From assembly GCA_964106645.2 (NCBI GenBank), contig OZ067038.1: 64,000 nucleotides of DNA, one strand, 5' to 3'. Below the pieces are notes generated by a model. The model was not told where the DNA came from. It saw only the letters and a list, made by a program, of their open reading frames with translations, and ran no database searches. The number at the start of each line of letters is the position of its first letter. Positions within the stretch are counted from its first letter, which is position 1. Position numbers and translations under genes: made by a program. Source of the DNA: Podarcis pityusensis. Lineage: Eukaryota. This document shows, one piece after another, positions 50,980 to 64,000 of this stretch.

Positions 50980-53050
<2,071 letters not shown>

Positions 53051-55174
53051 GGTGGCTCACTTCAAGTTTTGAATGGTGCGGTTTAGGGCTGGGCTTGTGC
53101 AAAACTCATGTCCAAAAATGGTAACATTCATCCCATTTTTAAATTTAGGGAGGCGGGGGAGGGAGGTTAGGAGGCGTTCTAGCTTCTTCATTCTCTCTCT
53201 CTGCCCCCCACCCCCCAATAACCAAAGGCATCCTGTATTAGCTCACTCTGGAATCCTAAGCCCTTAAACATTTCCCTTTAGTCATTTGTCAGACGGCAAA
53301 GCCCGATGAAGAGGAGGGGAAACATTTGGCAAAGTTGCCTCCTAGCTATGTGACACACAGAAGAGGTCAGCAGAGGGAATGGCTTCTGCTGTCTGGCTGG
53401 AGCTTTGTATGTATTTTGCCACATTAAAAGGACTTTGATGGAAGTCTGGTGGGTAAAAGAAGCATATTTTTAAAAACAGCAACAAGTGACTCCCCTCCCA
53501 AGGAGCTCTGAATAGAGGTGGGAATGTATCAGTCCGAGGGATTGACTAATTGGAGAATACCCTGTTGTCGTTCCCCTTGCCTAGTTTATGAAAAGATGTA
53601 TAGATACTTTAAGATGATGTGCCTTCAATGGAGGCTAAGTTAATTAAAGAACTCCCGTCAGCGGTATGCATCCTGGCTTGACAAGGGTTCGTAGAGAAAA
53701 TAAAGACAAGAGAAACAAACCCGGAAAACAAGGGTGCTCATTGAAGAATGGGGTGCAGGGCGGATGACCTTGGCATGACAACAAAAGGGAGAGGAATGGT
53801 AATTTAATTCTCAGTCCATGTGGTGGGAATGTTAAATCACTGGCCCATGGGATGCAGCAGAAGTTGCTACTGAGAGATTTAAATTACCACAGAAGAGTTA
53901 TGGGCAGATGATTCTTCATTCTCACCCCCTTTTTTTCTTAGAACAACATGACGCTTTGATTAGTAAACTTTGTGCAGCAAAGGGAGAAATTCTGTATGTG
54001 GTAGAACAAAGGGATTTGTCCCTCATCTATCGTAGACCAATTATTTTATCTCTCTTTTTTGCAGTTAATGTCTACATGCCAAGCAGAATTTACATGAAAT
54101 CAGCATATAAAGACAGTAAACAACATTTTTTAATCCTTCATAAAAAATCAAGTATCGTTAAAGCTCATAATTTCAAGACAAAATATCAAATACTGTTGAA
54201 ACTGGGTAGAAGAGAAGTTTCTAGTGTATGCATCTTAACATGACAACTGGAAGAACTTTAAAAGGCTTCATAGTATTAGTAGTTAATTCCAAAGTGCTGG
54301 GGGGCACTGATCAGACCCTGTTCTGCGCCCCTGTTATTCTAACCTTTTAACCATGGGGAAAATCCAAGCAGAGCTGAATCTGTCACTCTTAACGAGATCG
54401 GCTCACATTGTGAACAGTCTGCTGTAAGACAGGAGACAGGAACCTGTGGCTCCTCAGGTATTGTTGGGACTCCCTCTCACCAGTCCCAGCTGGTATGTCC
54501 TGTGGCTAAGTATGGTGGGAGTTTTAGTCCAGAAATATATTCCCTAAGGCATAGTGAGCTCAAGCTTTGTAGGACTCCAGTCCTAAAGGCACTTGTTAGG
54601 GAATTAAGTTGAACTCTGGGACTTACTTTTGAACAGAAATGCATAGGATCACACTGTTTGGTTTTATAGTTTAAAAACCAGCAGCACCCTGAACTTTGTC
54701 AAGGAGCCAACTGGCAGCTAATGGAACTTACACAATCTTGCAGATGAATGGGTCATGTGGGCATTCCTTGTAGGCCACCCCCTGATTTGGGGATGCAAGG
54801 AGTATGTCTGACAAATTAGTCCTTATTTTAAATGAACCTAAACTTCAATTATTTTGTATTCCAAATATTTTCCAGTTACTCTGGAAAACTAACATTAGGA
54901 AGTTCTTACATCCCTTCTTTGCACTAGCTAGATGACCCTCGTGGGTCCCTTCCAACTCTACAAATCTGTGAGTCTGTGAACATTCAGGGTGTGTAACAAC
55001 ATTTCCTTATAGTATCCCTATAAGTCACTCTTCCCTTGTATAGGAGCTATCTAGTGAATCTGCAGGTAAGATGGGATTTGGATCAAAGTCTCATTATTAA
55101 TGCTGTCCTCTGGACCAAAGCAGCACTTGGAGTAGTAGATCTGCAACACCACTTGGCATTTCTCTGTAAACTAA

Positions 55175-55305
55175 GCATGAGGAACCTTCTGCCCTCCATT
55201 TTGCTGAATTCTGACACTCATCAGCTCCAGCCAGAATGGCTAATGGTGGTGGATGATGGGAGTTGTAGTCCAACATCATATGGAGGGCTGCAGGGTAGCC
55301 ACATG
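55175..55305. mobile_element. Short palindromic hAT-like MITE (representative copy; others at ~25573, 43613, 47586, 50030, 54433, 61155)
   Basis: Shared gatgatgggagttgtagtccaaca...tggagggc consensus with inverted halves. Confidence 0.65.
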
Positions 55306-57348
55306 TTTCTCAAACTGCAGGACATAAGAAACTGGAGGGGATAGGAATAATTCTGCATGTGCTCTTGGGAATGACAGACGAGCAGTGGGGGAGGAATAGC
55401 ATCAGCAAGCTGGAGAAGTTGGAAAGGAGGAGTATGGGGAATTACTGATTTAGGGAGGGACCCAAGGGTGATATATTAGTGGTTGGTGTGATTTCATAAA
55501 GTTTGAAAAGCAAAAGAAATGTGCTTGGAGTTTGGCTGTGCTGTGGCTTGCAGTCTGGTACTTTCAGGTAGGAAGTGTGACAAAGCAAGTATGTTTCTCA
55601 TAGGCTAGAAAGTGTGGCTTCTGGTATGGGGGCTGGCCTCATAACCACAGGGAGAAAAATGGGCTAAAGTCACCAGTGCCTGTGACAGCACATCTGTTTT
55701 CACAACAAAACTTCCATGTAGATTGGACCCTGAATTTCAATGTGTCTCCCCTTGGTGGTATTTCAGCAAGATTTTCTCACCTTCCATTGAGTCTCTGCTG
55801 TCTATGGAGATATACAGAGAGAAGCTGCCTGAGTGTTTAAATCAATAGATAAATAAATAAATAAGCCTTGACCCAGGCAGAGGGGAATTGTGAACAGATT
55901 TAATATCTGGTGTGTAGGAAGGACCATAGCTCAGTGCTTTGCTTGCAGAAGATCTTGGGTTTAATTTGGGGCACCTCCAGGTAGGGTTCACCTTTCTGAA
56001 ACCTTGCCAGTTAGTGTAGAGACTACGGAAATAGATGTGCTGTTCTGTTAGTCTGTTCAGTATTAGGCAGTTTCCTATGTTTTGCCTTCTCTCAAAAGCC
56101 AGCCTTGGGACCTCACAAACCTGAAAAGGACTGTGCAGCTCTTCTGCTCATGTGTGGTGTTGGCATAAGTGTGTGTGTCTTGCAGGCAGGTTTTCTATTT
56201 TAAAACTTTAAAAAAGCTCATGATAGCCTCAATCATTTAAAAGAAAGAGGTTAGGTTATGTTTCTTGAATCTACAAATCACTTCCCACAACAAGTCCCAA
56301 TGCAATTTTCAAGAATAAAATATGATAATAAAAATTCATAAACATATTCAAAATATGATAAACATACATCTACATTAAATACATTTCCATATAGGCTTTG
56401 CACTTTCCACATGAGGTTTAAATTACGGGGTTAGTGTGCTTTTTTTCTTTTAATACAATTTTTTTTTGGAAGTTCCTGTTGAATTGCTTGAATAGAACTT
56501 CCAACCTTGACCTTTCATTCCCCAGTAAAAATAACTTTCTATAGTGGCCCTGGCACAGCTTTTATAGGCTAACCACTGTTTCCTATTGATACTCAATGAA
56601 ACTTGGGCTCATTCAGTTGTGGCATGTTGCAGGCAGGTTAGAGTTTTCTGTTGTAAAGTTGGCAGAATCGAACAGTTCCTGAAACCTCATGCAACTAACT
56701 GCTAATTTTGCAACCAGTGAGATTCTTCTGGTTTCATAACCAAAGGAAGTCAGGTTGCTACATGGCCCTTGTTTGAAGAACTTGCTCACAATGCCCAGTG
56801 TTTCCAAACATGGCATCTCGGTGGACAATAGTATATGTCCCCTATTTGGGAAACATTTCAGCTACTTCTATGGCAGTCGCCTTTATAAGTTGGCTTTAAA
56901 ATGTGCTTTGTAATCTTTGCAAAGGTAAACAGCAAGCCTGACTCAGAAAATAATGCACTCAGCCACCCTATCAACCCCAAGCTGTTCTTTGCACTGACTA
57001 AACCTATTTTCTCATTAGGATCAAGAATACATTCTTGTGTTCTTTTATATTTAAAATTGTTACAGTAAACTAGTCCTAAAAAGGAAGGCAACTCACCAGG
57101 TTAAAGCAGCTAATTTTGTGTTCTCATAAGTCCTCTGGGTGTCAAATCATACGAGCATACATTGCCCACAAGGCTGTTAACATTAACTTACGGGTTGACA
57201 AGAAGAATGTTTCTACTTAGCTAGCCCAGGTTGGAAAGCAAACCAGTTAAACAGAATAATAACCCAACCTTGACTTTAAAGGAGAGGCCTCTAAGAGCAC
57301 ATGGAAAGCGTAAGCAATCTGAAATCTAATTTGCAAAGGAATATGGGG

Positions 57349-57349
57349 T

Positions 57350-57405
<56 letters not shown>
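57349..57405. repeat. Compound (TG)n(AG)n microsatellite
   Basis: Direct reading. Confidence 0.95.
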
Positions 57406-58262
57406 ATAGCTATTAGTAGGAGGGTTATGTTTAGAGGTCTCACAAACAACTCTGCAGGAGTCACACATTATACAGGATGTTTTTAATGCATGGTGCCCTA
57501 GCTGTCACCTCACAAACACTATTTACACTGTGTTGTGAATTCCCAGAAGGATCCCAACAAAAGAGGCAAATTGTTCTAGAGTAAAGGTAGCTGCTTGTGT
57601 TACAGATGTGGGAGGTTTTCCTGAGTTTGTAGACACGGACAAGTAGTGTCTCTTGTATTACTAATTCATACACCCCAGATATGTGCCCTGTGGAACTGTT
57701 TTATTGAGTTTTACATTTCACGGGGTGTGTCAGAGTCTGCTGAGTATGTTACTAATTCACACAAGAAATTGGGCACAATTGAAAGCCGGTTTTGAAAGCC
57801 ATCCAACTTTCACAAACTGCTTTCCATTAGGCTTGGAGGGAGGGTAAGGAGGGAGGGTGACGGCTGTGCCTTAAATCAAACAAAGGCTGGCTGTAAACTT
57901 TGATTTGCCACATGCACTATTCTGGGTTGTAGTAGCTGTTTCGTGAATGCAAGCTGGCTGGGTTGTAGAAGGTGATACATGAAAAGCACCTGTGCCTCTG
58001 GTAGAATGCTCTTTTCTGGATGTGTATTGAGGTTTCAGTCAGCAATGAAGACAAGCAGACAGAAAGGACAGGTGAAGGGACTGTTGGATTAGTGAGGACC
58101 GAAGGCCTACACCTGGACACCAGTGCCTGCAAAAGGTGGGGATGACGCAAGTCCCTCCCACCCTGCCAAGCTACTTGGACTGGCACTTTCTCTTGGCTCC
58201 ACCCACCCAAAGCTCCTCCCCTTTGTTCCACCCCATGCAAGCCTCAAAAGGGATAGAAGGAC

Positions 58263-59269
58263 TCAAAAGAGAAATAAATAGAGTCAGGTGATGGTTGGGG
58301 TTACTATAGTGTGTGACTCTCTTGCAAGAGGCCATTGGTAGGACAATAATTTGGATACTGAAAGCTACTGTCACAGGATTTTTACCCTTTGAGAAGGGGA
58401 AATGATTTGGAGGTTAGAGGTAGGGACTGAACTACAGAACAAATCACAGAACAAATCGCATTTCTAAAGCAAGGCAAGAAAGAAATCACATTATTTTGTC
58501 TCCAAGAGCTAGTATCCGAAGGTATACTGAATCTCCTGTTCGGAGCCAATTTTCTTGGATAGAAGGACTCAAAAGGGAATAGAAGGAAACTCTGCAAAGC
58601 GCTTTAACTATGATTTGACTGCAAAAAAACCACCTTGATATGAAACCCTGCTCAGTTGTTGGCTTATAAACTTTTTGTTTAAGCTATGACTTGTAATTTA
58701 CATGTGAACCCAGCACCTTTCCTTAACCATGGTTTGTTTGACCCCCATCCCAGATGTTCATCCCAGTAAAAAGGCTTGAGACAACAGCCGTTGGGAAAGA
58801 AACAGAACATGGGAAGAATAAGCTGTGGTTTGTTCTGTAGTTCAGTCCCTACCTTTAACCTCCAAATCATTTCCCCTTCTCAAAGGGTAAACATCCTGTG
58901 ACAGTAGCTTTCAGTATCCAAATTATTGTCCACACTGAGAGCCAGTGTGGTGTAGTGGTTAAGAGCGGTAGTCTCGTAATCTGGGGAACCGGGTTCGCTT
59001 CCCCGCTCCTCCACATGCAGCTGCTGGGTGACCCTGGGCCAGTCACACTTCTTTGAAGTCTCTCAGCCCCACTCACCCCACAGAGTGTTTGTTGTGGGGG
59101 AGGAAGGGAAAGGAGAATGTTAGCCGCTTTGAGACTCCTGAAGGGGAGTGAAAGGCGGGATATCAAATCCAAACTCCTCTTCTTCTTCTTCTACCAATGG
59201 CCTCTTGCAAGAGAGTCACACACTATAGTAACCCCAACCATCATCTGACTCTCTTTATTTCCCTTTTGA
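58263..59269. repeat. 187-bp inverted duplication (arms 58263-58449 and 58823-58931 + 59192-59269), right arm interrupted by a SINE
   Basis: Manual reverse-complement alignment gives 6 mismatches in 187 bp. The spacer is 373 bp. Confidence 0.92.
58937..59191 (+). mobile_element. Young full-length tRNA/CORE SINE (Squam3-like) with (CTT)n tail
   Basis: Box A (TGGTGTAGTGG) and box B (GGTTCGCTTCC) in the head GAGAGCCAGTGTGGTGTAGTGGTTAAGAGC, a CORE-like middle, and a tail ggcgggatatcaaatccaaactcctcttcttcttctt. Confidence 0.9.
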
Positions 59270-62117
59270 ATGCCTTGATTACAGGGCTGGCATGGCATAT
59301 ATTGGGGTGGTTTATTGAGGCGAGGATGGAGGATGGAGAAAGGATGATTCTCCTGCCTCTCTCTCACACACACACAGAGGGAAGAATCAAATTAGAATTG
59401 ATTTGTTTTTCACAGTATAGAAAAATGGTTTATTTAGAGTAGAAAGCATTAACATTTCCTTCACAAATTTTCTGTTATTACAACTGTTTGGTTATAAGAG
59501 AAAGCAGGAAATTCAGATAATATAAGCACAAGATCCGGTGTAATCTGTCTCCTCCATTGCAGAGGTTTGGACTAGATGACCCATGACTGTGTCGCTGCCA
59601 ACTATGATTCTGCCATGAACTTACTAGCTCAATTCACACATAATGCCCAGTAAACATCAGCCATTTGTTCTAGGAAACTTCTGGACAATTCATCTGGGAT
59701 CTAAAGTGCTACTTAGGGTCATCCAAGGGCCCATTTCCCCCCCTTAAATTGCTGACCCCACCCTTAGAGTAAAAAAAAAAAGGCTCATAACTCATACTCT
59801 ATAAAATAACCTCTCTTGGTTGGGTTTCTCGGCACATTTGTATTTCTCCCTCGAGAAGCTTTCATGTGTTCCTTTTCAAAGCATGCCACAATGTTCTTAA
59901 TTTCCTCCCCCACCCCTTCCTTTGAGACAAGCTGATGTATGGATAAACAAGCCACAGCAGAAACCATAAAGTCTGCATTAAGATGCTAGTGAATATAGTT
60001 CTTACTCAAAGGAAAATGCCTGAGCCACCTCCTAGATGCTACATGGTAAATAATAAAGCCCATCCTTTGCAACAGCAGTTATGATTCTCCCACTTTTCTT
60101 ACTGCAGCTGGTAAGAATATTGGCTGTGATCGAAATTGTACAAAGTCCTGGTTACTTTGTTTTAACTGCCTGATTTAAGTGGAAAAAATAATTTTGTTGC
60201 TGCAATTATTAAGCAGTTGGGAGTCGGAAATCTTTGCCGATCAACTGCAAATCTCCCAGAGCATACCAGTAGATGCTGATCTTCATTCTGCCCACCTCTG
60301 CCATGCACTCTCAAAACTGATAGGGGCTGCAAGGCCATTAGAACCTGGACTGATAAACTACACTTCTTTAGGCATGGCAAACACTTGCAAAGTCATAACA
60401 ATATGTTGCTTATTATGGGCTGGTTCTGCATGGAAAACTGCTCTTGAAACACCCTGCTTCTGTGGTTCCCAGAGGCACCTGACTCACTGCTGTTAGAAAC
60501 AGAATGCTAGGCAATATGAAGATTTGTCTGACCAAGCAGGGGTTTTCAGAAGTTGTTAAGCAACTACTCCTTAGCCTGCATGACCTGGCTGAGATGTTTC
60601 TCTCTCTGCAGATTCATTTCCCATCCAGGTTTCCCCTACAGATTATTACTTCCCTCCCAGATGCCCACCAAATAATTCCCACTTGTTTGCGTGTGTGTAT
60701 GATGCTTCCTTTCCACAACTGGGTCCCAAAGGTTAGCACAAGAGAGAAATACACCTACTATGATGTTGCAGCCTAACTTATCCTCCTCCCACATCATCCA
60801 GCTTGGCCCCTAATGACGCTTAGGGAGTGATCCCTAATATTTTGCCCTTTATCAGTATGGTGGTGCAGTGAGCTGTGCAGTCCATGTATGAAGCTGCATT
60901 TGGGTAAATTGGTCAGTTGTGATGTTACAATCGGCTGAGTCCTAATTTGTGCACGTCTGCTTGAAGTTCTGATGACTAATTAGGGTTTTGAAACTCTGTT
61001 CCTCTTCCCAGCCCCACACAATATCTGCTAGACTACAGCAGCTACTGATATGAAGATGAAGTAATATCAACCACAGTTTTGGGTGTGCAGATCTGTGCAA
61101 TGTATTGAGAAAGATTTAACACTGGCTATCATTGCATCTTTACTTGCACTAGAACAGTCCTCCCCAACCTGGTGCCCTCCAGCTGTTTTGGACTGAAACA
61201 CCCATCAGTGCCAACCAGCATGGCTAATGGTCGGGAATTATGGGAACTGAAGTTCAGTAAATAACAGGAGGGCAGCAGGTTGAGGAAGGCTGCTCTGCAG
61301 CATGAAAGCAACTCTCTAATGCTCACTGATGCCTTAAATATATTTGCCATAAATGTGGCACCATGTAGCTATCAGGGCTTCATAGTTGTAAGGCACATTT
61401 GCCCGGCCATAACATAATACATAGATATGTACAGTGATACATTCAAAACCTTTAACATTAAAGATTTAACATTAAAGTGTGGAATCTCCATTCCTATTAC
61501 AGATTGCAAACATTTTTGTTAGGGCCAGAAGGATTCTGAAATAATAGCTCTGGGATGCATCTAGCCTATAGGCCATACATTAGCCATCTCTGACTTCACT
61601 AGCTCTCAGTCAACCCCTCTATGGAACACAGATTGTTGTTTGTGAGGTGGCAGAGTCCACAGTGGCTTTGCAACTTTACCTGTCAGTCAGATTTTACAAA
61701 TTAATTACAGTAGCATGAGATCAATGTCAGGCCTGGAACAGATACTTGCCAGGCAGGGAAATCCCAAAGCTTAGTTTCCACCATGGGCTTAGGTCCAACA
61801 AGCCCATAAACAGCTGGCTTGTGAAATCTTCCGCACAGTGGTTAATTTACACAACACATTTCTCATCATGAAGCAACTCTTTGGACTGCCACTGTGTAGA
61901 GAGTGGTTGTCTTTGAGCTTTACTGAGCACATCTCAGCAGAGTAGGTGGACATACGATGAGACTTTCCATGTGGATGTTTTCCAGTTTCCACTTGGATGT
62001 TTTCCACTATGAACAGACTGTAGGCATCCATCTGTCTCAAGAGACAATGGAGTGCTTTTCTGAGGGTGAAGTCAAACCACTGCTTAGCAGCACCAAAGTT
62101 GCTCCCAGTATGTTTCT

Positions 62118-62502
62118 GAGCACAATTCAGTGTTGGTGCTGACCTTTAAAGCCCTCAATGGCCTTGGCCCAGTATACCTGAAGGAGCATCTCCAACCCTA
62201 TTGTTCTGCCCAGACACTGAGGTCCAGTGCTGAGGGCCTTCTGGTGGTTCCCTCACTGCAAGAAGCGAATTTACAGGGAACCAGGCAGAGGGCCTTCTTG
62301 GTGGTGGCACCCGCCCTGTGGAACTCCCTTCCATCAGATGTCAAATAAATAAACAACTATCTGACTTTTAGAAGACATCTGAAGGCAGCCCTGTTTAGGG
62401 AAGCTTTTAATATTTGATGAATTTTTGTATTTTAATCTTTTGTTGGAAGCCTCCCAGAGTGGCTGGGGAAACACAGCCTGATGAGCGGGGTATAAATAAT
62501 AA

Positions 62503-62541
<39 letters not shown>

Positions 62542-62548
62542 GTTATTA
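62118..62548 (+). mobile_element. 5'-truncated L2 LINE with (TAT)n tail
   Basis: Encodes LVLTFKALNGLGPVYLKEHLQPY...RAFLVVAPALWNSLPSDVK (L2 ORF2 C-terminus), followed by a 3'UTR and a TTA microsatellite tail. Confidence 0.9.
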
Positions 62549-63301
62549 CCAAAGTGACCTCCCCAGAGAACAAGCCTGGGCAGTGTGTATGGAGCTCCTG
62601 GGCTGCCCAGACGACAAGACCTTCCTCTTGACCTCGTTGATGTGGTCCAAAGGAAAGCAAAGCAATATGTTTGGCACCAGCTTGGCTGCTGCAGTTGCCA
62701 GAAGAAGGCATGCAAGGCACCACCCAACCACCGCCTTTGGAACTCCGAAAGCAGTCCTGAGGGCTTGATAGAGAACACCCAGGCCTGAGGAACCCCACCT
62801 CACCCCACTCCACTTGTGGGGATTGCTTTGTGACTGAACTCTTAATAGCTAGACATGACCTAATAAAGCAGCAACAGATTTTTTTTTACTTAGTGAGTTA
62901 AGTCTTATCATACCTGTCTCAGAAACTCTGCACCAAGCAACAGAACGTTGAGCTGATAAGATCAAGGCCTCAAAATGAAGTCTTGGGCAGGAATGAATAC
63001 GCATAATAAGGGCAGTGGGTTGTTTGGCAATGTCTGCAGCAATAAAGGCTGCATGGGGGGCGGGGAGAGGAAGGACAGAATGTTGAAGCAACCCAGAGGT
63101 TGCCAACAAATGGCCTTGCAACTAACTGGAAGTTTTAGTAAAATTAGGAAAGACTCATTTTCCTGTTTCTGATTCTTTCGTTGTATTTTAACAGTGAAGG
63201 GCAATAGCATGTTTGCGACAGGGTTTGGAGCCAAGGAGTTATCTCCCTATTGTGCTGTAAAGTTTTCCTCTTTGGTATCCATTTCCTACCATACTGCTGT
63301 A

Positions 63302-63544
63302 CAGTGGTACCTCGGGTTAAGTATTTTAATTGGTTCCAGAGGTCCGTTCTTAACCTGAAACTGTTCTTAACCTGAAGCACCACTTTAGCTAATGGGGCCT
63401 CCTGCTGCTGCCGTGCCACCGGAGCACGATTTCTGTTCTCATCCTGAAGCAAAGTTCTTAACCTGAAGCACTATTTCTGGGTTAGCGGAGTATGTAACCT
63501 AAAGCGTATGTAACCTGAAGCGTATGTAACCCGAGGTACCACTG
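63302..63544. mobile_element. Complete Tc1/mariner MITE
   Basis: Perfect TIR CAGTGGTACCTCGGGTTA / TAACCCGAGGTACCACTG, TA on both flanks, and internal TAACCTGAAG repeats. Confidence 0.92.
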
Positions 63545-64000
63545 TACTGATATTCCTGACACCTGGCACTTGGTGGCGGGGCTATTGCTCTGTTTCCCTA
63601 TACGTATCTTATAAACCATACATTTAAAACACATGACTTTTCCTAAAGTTTTTCTGCTTCTCTAAACAGAAAAGTGTGTGGAGGGCACTCTTCAGTTTAT
63701 ATTTACAGTATTTATCACACCTTAGCAAGCAGAACTGCAGTCCTAACCTGGGAGCAAGCCCCCACAAAATTTTATAGGACTTATGTCTGAAGAATGACTG
63801 CGATCCATATGCAGGGAGCCAAATCTGAGTTCATTCCTGGCAGAAGTTCCAAATTTCAGGGCCTGTCAAACATCTCCTTGGCACAAGCTCTTAAGGCTGG
63901 TTCACTACCGCTAGATTTTCCTTTGCACCCTAATAGGGGATCCAATCTGCAGATTCGGCATGGCTGCTTGATTCCAGGGGCCAGGTGAAAAGTGGGGAGA

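Noticed and set aside
58937-59010. tRNA-like sequences (also at 4907, 35855 and 38946)
   Set aside because: They are SINE heads continuing into SINE bodies and tails, not tRNA genes.
62334-62813. Poly-Ile and poly-Asn ORFs
   Set aside because: Translations of the (TAT)n tail of an L2 element.
63340-63535. Regularly recurring TAACCTGAAG motif as a CRISPR-like array
   Set aside because: These are internal subterminal repeats of a TA-flanked mariner MITE in a eukaryotic intron. Spacing is irregular and there are no cas genes.

Overview
This is vertebrate genomic DNA, most likely from a lacertid lizard (Podarcis-like). That call is inferred from full-length Sauria SINEs and other squamate repeats. 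The + strand carries the last four exons of DCAF5 (WDR22, a CRL4/DDB1 WD40 substrate receptor): 1964-2177, 9952-10018, 11898-12025 and 17884-19665 (stop). A long 3'UTR and ~26 kb of repeat-rich intergenic DNA follow. Next comes the CpG-island promoter and first coding exon of ACTN1 (alpha-actinin-1, 51414-51518), then 12.5 kb of its intron 1. This DCAF5>ACTN1 tandem order matches the human locus as I recall it. Nearly all other ORFs in the track are shadows of exons, GC-rich DNA or transposons. I cannot demonstrate a wholly new biological system. The best leads are: (1) an orphan CpG island ~8 kb upstream of ACTN1 with divergent TATA boxes flanking CRE/E-box/CSL/AP-1/ETS sites; (2) a candidate stop-containing poison exon in DCAF5 intron 6; (3) a 187-bp inverted duplication in ACTN1 intron 1, one arm of which was split by a SINE, so the empty insertion site is preserved in cis; (4) a 47-bp-stem MITE-derived intronic hairpin; (5) two candidate ACTN1 enhancers (CArG-GATA-TEAD and RFX-TEAD-RUNX-MEF2). 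Exon numbers and comparisons with human proteins are from memory, not from a search.
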